A DNA stretch of 64,000 nucleotides from Myxococcota bacterium (GTDB lineage Bacteria; Myxococcota_A; JAVEVO01), in the NCBI GenBank assembly GCA_034005005.1, contig JAVEVO010000010.1:467-64466 (forward strand), read 5' to 3'. This document shows, in pieces, positions 19,299-28,125 of the stretch (its first letter is position 1; each line of letters opens with the position of its first letter). A program made the position numbers and the translations under genes. The notes under the pieces are model-generated. The model ran no database searches. It worked only from the letters and a program-made list of their open reading frames with translations, and had not been told where the DNA came from.

Positions 19299-19309
19299 GG
19301 GAGGGGCCG

Positions 19310-19894
19310 ATGCGCACCGTGACCCGTTCGCTCCAGCCACGCTCCCCGAGCTTTGGGGCGGGCTCGCCTCGTCGGCTCGTCCTGGCCTGCGCCGCGTGTC
19401 TCGGCCCGTTGCTGCTCGGCGGGAGCCTGGCTCTCCTGCTCGGTGGCTGCTCGGATGCGGGGGTCTCCGCCATGGAGGGCGGCAGCGAGTTCATCTACGA
19501 GAACACGATCTTCCCCGGGACGCAGCTCGTCACCGCCACGGCGCAGGTCAGCGACGACGCGGGGATGCCCCGCTTCTCGTGGGTCGCGACCAGCTACCGG
19601 CACGTGGTCTGCGCGATCTTCGACGAGCGGGTGGGCGTGACCGACGGTCTGATCACCAACCCGCACCGGATGCGCTGGATCTGGCACAGCGGGCTGTCCA
19701 CCGGCCGGGAGGGGAACGTGCTCTTCGAGCACGGCGTCTCCGATCCCCAGACCCTCGCCCCGGCGCGCACCTTGGCCGCCGGGACCTACTACTGGGCCGT
19801 CTGGGCGCTCGACGCCCAGGGGTTCCCGGTCGCCTCGAGCAAGGAGTACACCCTCGCGCTGCCGTTGTCGGTGACCCCGGTCGAGGAGCAGTGA
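19310..19894 (+). CDS. Lipoprotein, paralogue A of a tandem pair
   Basis: GGGAGGGG RBS. Lipobox LLGGC. Shares FIYENTIFPG / W(I/L)WHSGL / GTYYWAVWALD blocks with 19935..20444. Confidence 0.7.
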   Translation: MRTVTRSLQPRSPSFGAGSPRRLVLACAACLGPLLLGGSLALLLGGCSDAGVSAMEGGSEFIYENTIFPGTQLVTATAQVSDDAGMPRFSWVATSYRHVVCAIFDERVGVTDGLITNPHRMRWIWHSGLSTGREGNVLFEHGVSDPQTLAPARTLAAGTYYWAVWALDAQGFPVASSKEYTLALPLSVTPVEEQ

Positions 19895-19934
19895 GCCGGG
19901 CGGAGGCCAGGGGCCTCCCCGGAGGAGAGCGACG

Positions 19935-20444
19935 ATGAACCTGCGAGCCTCCGTGTTGTGGAGCATGAGTTCTAAAATCAGAGGCAGTCTGGTCCTTTGG
20001 TCCTTGCTGGCCTCCCTGCTGCTCATCGCCTGCGGCGGCGACGAGGCCGACAACTCGGCCGCGAGCGAAGATTTCATCTACAACAACGCCATCTTCCAGG
20101 GCGTCTCGGTGATGCAGGCCGCGGCGTCCGGCACGAGCCAGCAGCCCGATTTCTCCTGGCCCGCGACCACCCAGAAGCACGTCGCCTGTGCGGTCTTCCA
20201 GAAGCGGATCAGCGTGCGCCAGAACCTCATCTCCAATCCGCAGGACGTCGTCTGGTTGTGGCATTCGGGACTCGGGCGAGGACGGGACGGGAACGTCCTG
20301 TACGAGCACGGGGTGGGCAACGCGGACCTCGCCCCGCGGCCCGCCTCCCTGTCTCCCGGCACCTACTATTGGGCCGTCTGGGCCCTCGACGAGGAGGGGC
20401 TCCCCGTGGCGGCGACGCGCGAGTACACCCTCGACGTCTACTGA
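19935..20444 (+). CDS. Lipoprotein, paralogue B
   Basis: GGAGGAGAG RBS. Lipobox LLLIACGG. Confidence 0.7.
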   Translation: MNLRASVLWSMSSKIRGSLVLWSLLASLLLIACGGDEADNSAASEDFIYNNAIFQGVSVMQAAASGTSQQPDFSWPATTQKHVACAVFQKRISVRQNLISNPQDVVWLWHSGLGRGRDGNVLYEHGVGNADLAPRPASLSPGTYYWAVWALDEEGLPVAATREYTLDVY

Positions 20445-20465
20445 GCCGCGTTCCGGCAGTCGGCC

Positions 20466-22079
20466 TCAGTCGGTCTCGTCGACGCAGTAGAAGGCCGCGT
20501 GGGGGACCGAGAAGCCGCAGCGCTGGCCGCAGTCCGCGCAGCGGCGCCGCTGGACGGTCTCGTCGGCACACCAGACCGCATCGTCGCCGTCGCAGCGCCC
20601 CGTGAGGGTCTCCCCCTGGCAGGGGTCGGGCAGGCACCGGCGCGCGCTGGTGGAGTCGACCGCGCAGCGCTCACGGCCCACCTCGCACTCTTCGACTCGC
20701 ACCTGCTCGGCCTCGCACCAGATCGCCGTGTTGCCCGCGCAGCGGCCCAGCAGCGTCTCGCCCTGACAGGGGTCGGGCCGGCACCGGTGCTCGCCGTGGC
20801 GATCCGCCTCGCAGATCTCGTCGGGGGATTGGCACGGCTGCCGCTGGATCGTCCCCTCCTCGCACCAGACCGCGTCCTGGCCGTCGCAGCGCCCCGCGAA
20901 GGTCTCCGCCCCGCACGGGTCGGGCTGGCAGCGCTGGCGGCCCTGGGCGTCCGGGAGGCAGCGCGCGTCCCTGGTGGCGCAGTCATCGTGGTGGATCACA
21001 CCCTGCGCGCACCAGATCGCCACCGGCCCCTCGCAGCGGCCGGCGAGGGTCTCGTCGCCGCAAGGATCGGGGATGCAGGCCTGGCGGCCCAGGCCGTCGG
21101 CGCCGCAACGCTGGCCCGAGGTGGCGCAGTCCTCGCGGATCAGCCGCTCGCCCTCGCAGCGCAAGGCCATGGTCCCTTCGCACCGTCCCGTGGCGGGGAT
21201 CTCCGCGCAGAGGGGCACGTGTCCATCGAGGAACGCGCACTCCCGATCGACCCGCACGTAGTGGTCGCGGCCCGCGCAGAGCGTCTGCCCCCAGGACAGG
21301 GTGCCGATGACCTTGACGATCCCGTCGACGGGCCAGAGGCTCGGGCCGCCGGAGTCCCCGTAGCACACGCCGGTCTCGTAGTGGCCGTTGACCGTGAAGT
21401 CGACCTCGCTCAGGGCGCTGACCTCCTGCACGGCCCAGAGCTGCAGGGAGTTGGCCTGCCGGCCCCGCAGATCGGTGGCACCGTAGCCGACGTTCTGGAC
21501 CTGCCCGTCGAGCAGGGGCTGGCGCCCGATATCCTGGCAGTTGTAGGGGATCGGCTCCACTCCCGGTGCCTGCGCGCTGGCGGGCTCCGTGAGCTCGAGC
21601 ACCGCGATGTCGTGGGCCGCGGTCGCGGCGTCGGGGTCGTACTCGGGGTGGACATGGAGCTTGGCGAGCCGGTATCGGGCCACGGGCCGGCTGACGTCGG
21701 GGCCGATCCCGAAGCGGTAGTCCGTGGCCGGTCGGGCCTTGCCTCGCTCGTCGACGACGCAGTGGGCTGCGGTCACCACCCGGGTCGGCGAGACGAGGGT
21801 GCCGGTGCAGATGTTGGTGAAGCGGCCGCCGCCGAGGGAGGTCAGCAGGGCCCCGATGGCCAGGGCCTGCCCCTGGCTGAGGGCGACCACTTCCGGGTCC
21901 CAGGTGGGCTCGCCGTTGACCACGGCCGCCGAGATCTCGGCCACGGTCGGCCGCTCGTCGCCGCACACCAGGGGGAGCGGCGCGGGCGGCGGTGCGGTCT
22001 CGGGCTCCGCGAAGCAGGCGCCCAGGAGGGTGCTCGCGCCGAGGAGGCCCAGGCCGATCAGCAGTCGTCTCCAGCTCAT
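20466..22079 (-). CDS. Trypsin-like (S1) serine protease lipoprotein with five C-terminal Cys-rich repeats (PDPCxxETxxGRCxGxxAxWC)
   Basis: Lipobox LLGAC. TAAHC (His) and GDSGGP (Ser) motifs. Track ORF 20466..22910 over-extends the N-terminus. Confidence 0.85.
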   Translation of the reverse strand: MSWRRLLIGLGLLGASTLLGACFAEPETAPPPAPLPLVCGDERPTVAEISAAVVNGEPTWDPEVVALSQGQALAIGALLTSLGGGRFTNICTGTLVSPTRVVTAAHCVVDERGKARPATDYRFGIGPDVSRPVARYRLAKLHVHPEYDPDAATAAHDIAVLELTEPASAQAPGVEPIPYNCQDIGRQPLLDGQVQNVGYGATDLRGRQANSLQLWAVQEVSALSEVDFTVNGHYETGVCYGDSGGPSLWPVDGIVKVIGTLSWGQTLCAGRDHYVRVDRECAFLDGHVPLCAEIPATGRCEGTMALRCEGERLIREDCATSGQRCGADGLGRQACIPDPCGDETLAGRCEGPVAIWCAQGVIHHDDCATRDARCLPDAQGRQRCQPDPCGAETFAGRCDGQDAVWCEEGTIQRQPCQSPDEICEADRHGEHRCRPDPCQGETLLGRCAGNTAIWCEAEQVRVEECEVGRERCAVDSTSARRCLPDPCQGETLTGRCDGDDAVWCADETVQRRRCADCGQRCGFSVPHAAFYCVDETD

Positions 22080-22168
22080 CTCGCCCCTGCTCGCCAGCGA
22101 CTGGCGGTCACGCGTCTCGGGGGGGAGCTGGCCAGCCCGGTAGCCAGGCCCACCCCACCTCGTGGCGA

Positions 22169-22729
22169 TCATGCAGGAATCATGCCCCGCAATGGCTCCC
22201 GGCGCGGGGAGCAGCTCGTCGGGACCTCCGCCCGGGGCGTGGTCCCCGCGGCGCGGTGGCGCTGGCGGAGCTGGTCGAGGAGGATCGCCAGGTGCTCGGG
22301 TGCCAGCCGCGACGCCGACGGGGGCCGGACCAGCCGGCCGCATCCCTCCGCGGCGGTCGGCGGCGCCACCAGCCCGGCGAGTCCGGCCTCGGCCACGAGG
22401 GCCGCCAGCTCGCCGGGGTCGACCTCGGGGTGCAGCCGCCCGTCCGGCGTCACCTCGCCCGAGAAGACCAGCCCCTTCGCCGACGCCGGCGGGAGCTCGC
22501 CGCAGAGCAGCAGCAGCCCCACCGTGGCCGCGAGCTCGCATCCCGGCGGGAGTTCCGCTGCTCCTGCTCGCCGCTGCCCCGGCTCCCGCCCGCCCGCCCG
22601 CCCCGGCACCTGCCGGATCCGGGCCACCGGCGCGCCGCCGACCTGGCTCAGCTCCAGCAAGGCGAGCGCGGCCCGTCCCTGCGCGTCCCGACACCCGGCC
22701 AGCACCTCGACCTCGTCCCGTGCGTGCAT
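22169..22729 (-). CDS. Small protein with a Lon-protease/RadA/ComM-like (S16-type) domain
   Basis: GGAGGA RBS. ...CGELPPASAKGLVFSGEVTPDGRLHPV resembles the Lon-like proteolytic-domain fold. N-terminus uncertain. Confidence 0.45.
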   Translation of the reverse strand: MHARDEVEVLAGCRDAQGRAALALLELSQVGGAPVARIRQVPGRAGGREPGQRRAGAAELPPGCELAATVGLLLLCGELPPASAKGLVFSGEVTPDGRLHPEVDPGELAALVAEAGLAGLVAPPTAAEGCGRLVRPPSASRLAPEHLAILLDQLRQRHRAAGTTPRAEVPTSCSPRREPLRGMIPA

Positions 22730-22928
22730 CGTCGTCCTCCTTGCTCTCCCGGAGTCGGATGCGAGGGCCGTGCCAGATCAAAAGCCTAATGATTTCATGT
22801 AATTGCTGGTGGGGTGTCCGTCCGCCAGCCCGGATCGTCCGGCTGGCCGGACGCGAACGTCCGGCTGGCCGGACGACCCTGCCGGGCGGGGCCGCGGGCG
22901 ACCGGGCCACGGCGCGGGAGTCGTGGGG

Positions 22929-24956
22929 TCAGGTCCCCTCGGCTGCGGTCGGCGAGACCTCCGCCGGCGGGAAGACGAAGTGCCAGGGCCTCGTGACCAG
23001 GCGCACGAGCAGCAGGCGCAGCAACGTCCACGTCTCGCGGAAGCCCACCTGTCGGGACTCCACGGCCATGGCCAGGGCCAGCCCGAAGCTGACGCCGAAG
23101 TTGACGAACCCGATGACCGCGACGCCGCCGAGGACCTCCAGCAAGAAGGTCAGCGGGATCCCCGGGCCGAGCACCTGCACCCCGACGCCCACGTGGGCCG
23201 CGGAGAAGGCGATGTGCCGGATGTCGAAGGGGAGGCCGAGGATCGTGCCCAGGGTGCCCGTGGAGCCGAGGCAGATCCCGAGGAACACGTTGCCCGCGAC
23301 CGCGCCGAGCTGCGCGTCGACGCGTTGCGCCAGCCGCTGCGTCAGGGCCGGGCCGAGCAGGGAGTTGAGCCCGGGATGGGCGGCGAGGCGGTCCGCGATC
23401 CGGGCGTACAGGTTGCGGTTGTCGAAGTAGCCGGAGATCAGCCCGGTGCAGAAGAGGTAGACCCCGGCGACCCCGGCGTAGAAGGCCGCCCCGCTGGCCC
23501 AGGGGTGCTGGGCCGCGAGCAGGTACTCCGCCTTGGCGGGGGTCGCGGGCGCCAGGCCCGACAGGCCGAGCAGGTAGGAGAGCAGCCAGGCGATGGGGAA
23601 GGCCGCGGCGAGGTTGCCGACGAAGGAGACGAACTGGCTGCGCGCGACGCACACGATCAGCTCGGCGAGCGCGGGGACGTCGTGGCCACCGTCCCGGCGG
23701 TCCAGCGACCGGGCGATGGTGCTCGCGGTCATCGCCGGCTGTTTGGTCGCGAGGGCCGCACCGGTAGCCTGGATCAGCAGGAACGCGAGGGCGTAGTTCA
23801 GGCTGAACAGGATGGCGTCGCCCGCGAGGGAGAGGTCCAGCCCGTCGACGATCAGCTTGGCGATGGCGAAGAGGCCGACGATCAGGCCGCCGCCGAGGCT
23901 CGCGCGGAAGAAGGCGAGGTACTCCGGGCGGCTGGTGGTGATGTACTTGCTCCCGCGCCGGGCGGCGTGCTCGACCACCTGGTAGGAGAGCAGGTCGGCT
24001 CGCTGGCGGAGGTGGGCCCGCAGGCTGTTGCGGGTGTTCTCGGCCTGCACCAGGTCCCGGATCAGCTCGATGAGCGCGTCGTGGAACTGGTCGTCGGCCT
24101 CGGCGCGTGTCGTCTCCTCCCGGTCGTGGGTGCGCAGGATACGTCCGGTCATCCGCAGCAGGATGCCGAGGCGGTCGATCTGCTGCAGCAGCCGGAAGGA
24201 GAGGGAGGTGAGCTGCAGGCTGGTGCCGACCCGCTGCTTGCGCGCGCGGAGCTGCTCGACCGCCTGCTGGCACTCGCGCAGCGTCGCCTGGAGCGTGCCG
24301 AGCGCGGTCGACTCCGTGCAGGCCGTCGCGTCGGTGAGGCAGCGCGCATAGGACTGGGCCTCGTCGGTCAGCCGCATGAACGGTGAGCTCAGCTCGTCGA
24401 GCTCGGGCATCCGGTCGGTGATCTCGGGGGCGAGGCCGAGGCTGGCGATGTTGAGCGCCAGCAGCCGGATGGAGCCGATGAGCTCGCTGCACAAGATGTC
24501 GCCGGAGGTGGCGCCGAGCACGCGCAGGAGGCGTCGCCAGGTCAGCTTGCCGATCAGGGCGACCCACTCGTGATCGTGGCGGGAGGGGAAGAGGCGGCGG
24601 ATGACGGTGCGCAGGTCGCGCGGTGGGTCGACTTCGGGCAGCAGGGTGTGGGAGAGGCGACGCGCGGCCTCATCGAAGAAGCCTCGATCGGAGGTGATGC
24701 CGGACTCGGTGAACGCCGGCATCACCCGCACCCCGCAGAGCGCGTGGCAGAAGGCGGCGCTGAGCCGTTGCCGGCGCTCCTCGTCGGCCTCGAGCACCTC
24801 GCAGAGCTCGACCATCGCGTCGTCGAGCCGGCTGGGCGGCTGACGACGCAGCAGCTCGACCAGCCTCCCGAGCCCCGTGAGGAGATCGTCGGGGTCGGCG
24901 TCGAGCTGATCGAGGACGGCCTCGAACTCCGCTCGCAGGCTTCGCTTTTCGACCAT
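22929..24956 (-). CDS. Large membrane protein of unknown function: ~330-aa soluble N-terminal region plus C-terminal multi-pass TM region
   Basis: ATG at 24956 (in frame). GC3 bias. Several hydrophobic helices in the C-terminal third. The 1723-aa track ORF 22929..28100 is an artefact beyond 24956. Confidence 0.7.
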   Translation of the reverse strand: MVEKRSLRAEFEAVLDQLDADPDDLLTGLGRLVELLRRQPPSRLDDAMVELCEVLEADEERRQRLSAAFCHALCGVRVMPAFTESGITSDRGFFDEAARRLSHTLLPEVDPPRDLRTVIRRLFPSRHDHEWVALIGKLTWRRLLRVLGATSGDILCSELIGSIRLLALNIASLGLAPEITDRMPELDELSSPFMRLTDEAQSYARCLTDATACTESTALGTLQATLRECQQAVEQLRARKQRVGTSLQLTSLSFRLLQQIDRLGILLRMTGRILRTHDREETTRAEADDQFHDALIELIRDLVQAENTRNSLRAHLRQRADLLSYQVVEHAARRGSKYITTSRPEYLAFFRASLGGGLIVGLFAIAKLIVDGLDLSLAGDAILFSLNYALAFLLIQATGAALATKQPAMTASTIARSLDRRDGGHDVPALAELIVCVARSQFVSFVGNLAAAFPIAWLLSYLLGLSGLAPATPAKAEYLLAAQHPWASGAAFYAGVAGVYLFCTGLISGYFDNRNLYARIADRLAAHPGLNSLLGPALTQRLAQRVDAQLGAVAGNVFLGICLGSTGTLGTILGLPFDIRHIAFSAAHVGVGVQVLGPGIPLTFLLEVLGGVAVIGFVNFGVSFGLALAMAVESRQVGFRETWTLLRLLLVRLVTRPWHFVFPPAEVSPTAAEGT

Positions 24957-25190
24957 CGACCCCACCCCGGTCCGCCGTGGCGACGCGCACCGCCCCCGGT
25001 CTGGCCTACCTGGCTGGCGGCTCGTCCCGCGGGCCGCGTGGGTGCAAGATACGTCAGCCGGGGGCTCTCGCCAAGCGGCAGGCCGTCGGCATCCGGCGAG
25101 GGGATCCGCGCGGGATCTCCCACCCGAGGGGGCTTGGCTCCGGGCGGGCGAGCCGGTATCGTGCCGCGACCTCGTCGTGCTGGAGGAGCC

Positions 25191-26099
25191 ATGCGTCTCG
25201 CCCTCGCCGATCTGCACCGCCACCTCGACGGCTCCTTGCGGCCGTCGACCCTCCGGGAGCTCGCGGCGCGGCACGGCCGCCCGGTTCCCGGGGACCTCCT
25301 CTTCTTCCCGGGGATGGGGCTCGCCGAGGCCCTGGACCGCTTCTCCTTCACCCTCTCCTTGCTCCAGGAGCCCGAGGTCGTCTGCCGGGTCGCGGCCGAG
25401 ATCTGCGAGGACGCGGCCCAGGAGGGCGTGACGACCCTGGAGATCCGCTTCGCTCCCCAGTTGCACCGGGGCGCCGATCCCGCGTCGATCGTCGACGCCG
25501 CGCTCGCCGGAGTGGTCGGGCGTGCCGGCCTGGTCCTCTGCGGGCTCTACGGGGAGCCGCCGGCGGTCTTGCACGGGCTGGTGCGGCTGGCCGCGGACCG
25601 GCCCGGGGTCGTGGGCCTCGACCTCGCGGGTGGTCCAACGGGTGGTCCGGGCTGGTCCATGTGCGACTATGGTCCTGCATTTCGCGAGGCTGCTGCCCTC
25701 GGGCTGGGTCGAACGGTCCACGCGGGCGAAGGACGTCCACCTGCGGAGATCCGCACCGCGGTCGAGGAGCTCGGCGCCCAGCGCATCGGCCATGGCACGA
25801 CCTTGCTGCAGGACCCGTCCGTGCGCGATCTGCTCGTCGAGCGGCAGATCACCGTGGAGGCCTGCGTCACCTCCAACTGGCACGTCGGGGCCATCCCGGC
25901 GCCGGACGCGCATCCGCTTCCGGCCTGGCTGAAGGCCGGGGTGCGGGCCGGCGTCTGCACCGACAACACCTTGCTGTCCGCGGTGGACGCCGTCGAGGAG
26001 CATCGGCGGGTCGCGGCGCTCCCCGGCATGACCCCCGAGCTGCTGGCCCGGGCCGTGAGCTGGGGGCACGCGGGCGCCTTTCGCCGGGAGCTGCGCTAG
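25191..26099 (+). CDS. add: Adenosine deaminase
   Basis: GGAGGAG RBS. ADLHRHLDGSLRP, HAGE, RIGHG, VTSNWH, TDN motifs. Confidence 0.9.
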   Translation: MRLALADLHRHLDGSLRPSTLRELAARHGRPVPGDLLFFPGMGLAEALDRFSFTLSLLQEPEVVCRVAAEICEDAAQEGVTTLEIRFAPQLHRGADPASIVDAALAGVVGRAGLVLCGLYGEPPAVLHGLVRLAADRPGVVGLDLAGGPTGGPGWSMCDYGPAFREAAALGLGRTVHAGEGRPPAEIRTAVEELGAQRIGHGTTLLQDPSVRDLLVERQITVEACVTSNWHVGAIPAPDAHPLPAWLKAGVRAGVCTDNTLLSAVDAVEEHRRVAALPGMTPELLARAVSWGHAGAFRRELR

Positions 26100-27949
26100 G
26101 CTCCCGGGGTCTCGGCCGGGGGCGGCGCCTCGGCCGGGGGCGGCGGCGGCGCCGGGGGCAGCGGATCGAAGCGCACGCCCAGGTCGACCCCACGCGGTCG
26201 AGTCCGGGCGCCACCGGGACCAAAGGCCTGGATCACCTCGCCGAGCTGGTCCGGTGCGAGCTGCGGCTGCAACTCCCGCTGCCGTCGGACGTCCTCTTCC
26301 TGCTGCTCCTGGACGTGCACGGTCTGGGTCGGGAACGCGAACTCCACGCCCAGGTCCTGGGCCAGGCGCAGGATCTCCAGGTTGAGGTGGGTGCGGGTGC
26401 GCAGCTCCTCCTCCCAGTTGGGCGCCACCATGAAGCAGTAGACCAGGATGTCGAGCTGGGACGCGCCGAAGCCCTGGAACTCCACCATGTAGGAATCCTG
26501 GCGCATCCCGGGCACCGCCCGGATGATCGCCCGCACCCCCTCGCAGAAGGCCTGGACCTTCTCGGGGGGGGTGTCGTAGGTGAGGCCGAGGGTGGTGGAG
26601 TAGCGGCGGTACTGGCGGGCCCCGAGGTTGTCCACCGAGGCGTCGGCGACCTTGGCGTTGGGCAGGGTGATCAGGGAGTTGTACAGGGTGCGCAGCCGGG
26701 TCGAGCGGAACCCGACCTCCTCCACCGTCCCCTCGACGCCGCCGTCCAGCTTGACCATGTCCCCGATCTGGAAGGGCTTGTCGATGAAGATCATCACCGA
26801 GCCGAAGAGGTTGGCCACCGTGTCCTTGGCGGCCATCGCGAAGGCCAGGCCGCCCAGCCCGAGGCCGGCGAGCAGGGAGGCGACGTCGACGGACAGGTTC
26901 TGCAGGATGAACAGGCCGCCAATCAAGATCACCACGACCTTCAGGGACTTGCGAACCAGCGGGACGAGCTGATCGTCCATCTTGGTGGTGCTGCGCGCCG
27001 CCTTCTCGGCCATCCGATCGCCGAGGAGATCGACGAGGCGGTAGGCCAGCCAGACCACGCTGAACGCGGCCAGCAGCCCGATGGCCGTCGAGGCGATCCG
27101 GTTGACCCCGATGGGGAACTGCAGGATCGGGAAGCCGATGGCGAGCACGAGGGCCGAGGCCAGCCCGCCCAGGGGGGCCGAGACGACCTGGCTGACCTGC
27201 TGGATCAGCCGGACGTTGAGCCGGCCGAAGAGACGCTTCAGGTAGTTCCCCAGGGCCACCACGACGACCTTCTGCAGGGCATACGAGACGAGGAGCAGCA
27301 ACAGCACGCCCGCCAGTTGCCAGAGCTCCACCCCGAGCAGGCCGACCCGCAGCCAGGCGGGCATCACCTCGTGCAGGTCGTCGTGTCCCAGGGGGTAGGC
27401 CTCCCGGTAGAGCCGGGGGATCTGCTCCACCGTCGCGGCGGGGAAGACCCAGCGCCCGCCCTTGGCCACCAGCTCGACCTCCTTCAGGGTCCGCGGGAGG
27501 GGCTGGACGCGGGCGCGGCCCTGCTCGTCCTGGTAGTCGGCGTCTGCGGGGAGCTCGTCGGGCGACAGCTCCAGGCCGCGCGCATCGAGCACCTTCTTGA
27601 GCTGCTCGGCCAGGACCGGCGGCGTGCCCAGCTTCGCCTCCACGCGCTCGAAGCAGGACGCGGCTCGCACGGGGGAGTAGGAGTCCGGCTCCAGGTTGTC
27701 GACGAAGGTCTGCACCGCAGCCTGGGGCGAGCGGCAGAGCCTGGCCGCAGCCGAGCTCCGCTTGGGGGCCGGCTTCCCGCTCGTCGCGGCCGGGGGCTGA
27801 GCCGGCGAGCCCGGCGGGCTGGTGGTCGCCGGCGTGGGCGCCGGGGGAGGCTGATCCGCCGCCGGGGGCGTCTGGGACGCGGCCACCGGCAGCAGCAGCA
27901 CGGACAAGAGCACGATCACGGGCGATTGCCAGAGGACTCGTCGGGTCAA
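26096..27949 (-). CDS. MscS-family mechanosensitive channel with signal peptide
   Basis: TTG start preceded by GAGGAGG. MscS signature region LFGSVMIFIDKPFQIGDMV. Convergent 4-nt overlap with add. Confidence 0.85.
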   Translation of the reverse strand: MTRRVLWQSPVIVLLSVLLLPVAASQTPPAADQPPPAPTPATTSPPGSPAQPPAATSGKPAPKRSSAAARLCRSPQAAVQTFVDNLEPDSYSPVRAASCFERVEAKLGTPPVLAEQLKKVLDARGLELSPDELPADADYQDEQGRARVQPLPRTLKEVELVAKGGRWVFPAATVEQIPRLYREAYPLGHDDLHEVMPAWLRVGLLGVELWQLAGVLLLLLVSYALQKVVVVALGNYLKRLFGRLNVRLIQQVSQVVSAPLGGLASALVLAIGFPILQFPIGVNRIASTAIGLLAAFSVVWLAYRLVDLLGDRMAEKAARSTTKMDDQLVPLVRKSLKVVVILIGGLFILQNLSVDVASLLAGLGLGGLAFAMAAKDTVANLFGSVMIFIDKPFQIGDMVKLDGGVEGTVEEVGFRSTRLRTLYNSLITLPNAKVADASVDNLGARQYRRYSTTLGLTYDTPPEKVQAFCEGVRAIIRAVPGMRQDSYMVEFQGFGASQLDILVYCFMVAPNWEEELRTRTHLNLEILRLAQDLGVEFAFPTQTVHVQEQQEEDVRRQRELQPQLAPDQLGEVIQAFGPGGARTRPRGVDLGVRFDPLPPAPPPPPAEAPPPAETPGA

Positions 27950-28125
27950 GAGCGCCTCCTCGAGCGGCGGACCCTCGCCGCCAGGCCTGGGACGTGAGCG
28001 CACGGCGGCCCCCGGGGCCGTCGCGGTGCGAGCGGGGGCAGCCTATCACAACCCGGGGGAGTTCTCTTCCGTGGTCGCCGGCGCGACGATGGGGCCACAC
28101 ACGGCGACTCGTCGGAGGAGGAGAG

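Noticed and set aside
22929-28100. 1723-aa minus-strand ORF
   Set aside because: Stop-free only because of high GC. Codon bias and motifs support just the 22929-24956 portion. The MscS channel (26096-27949) lies in a different minus frame and add lies on the plus strand.
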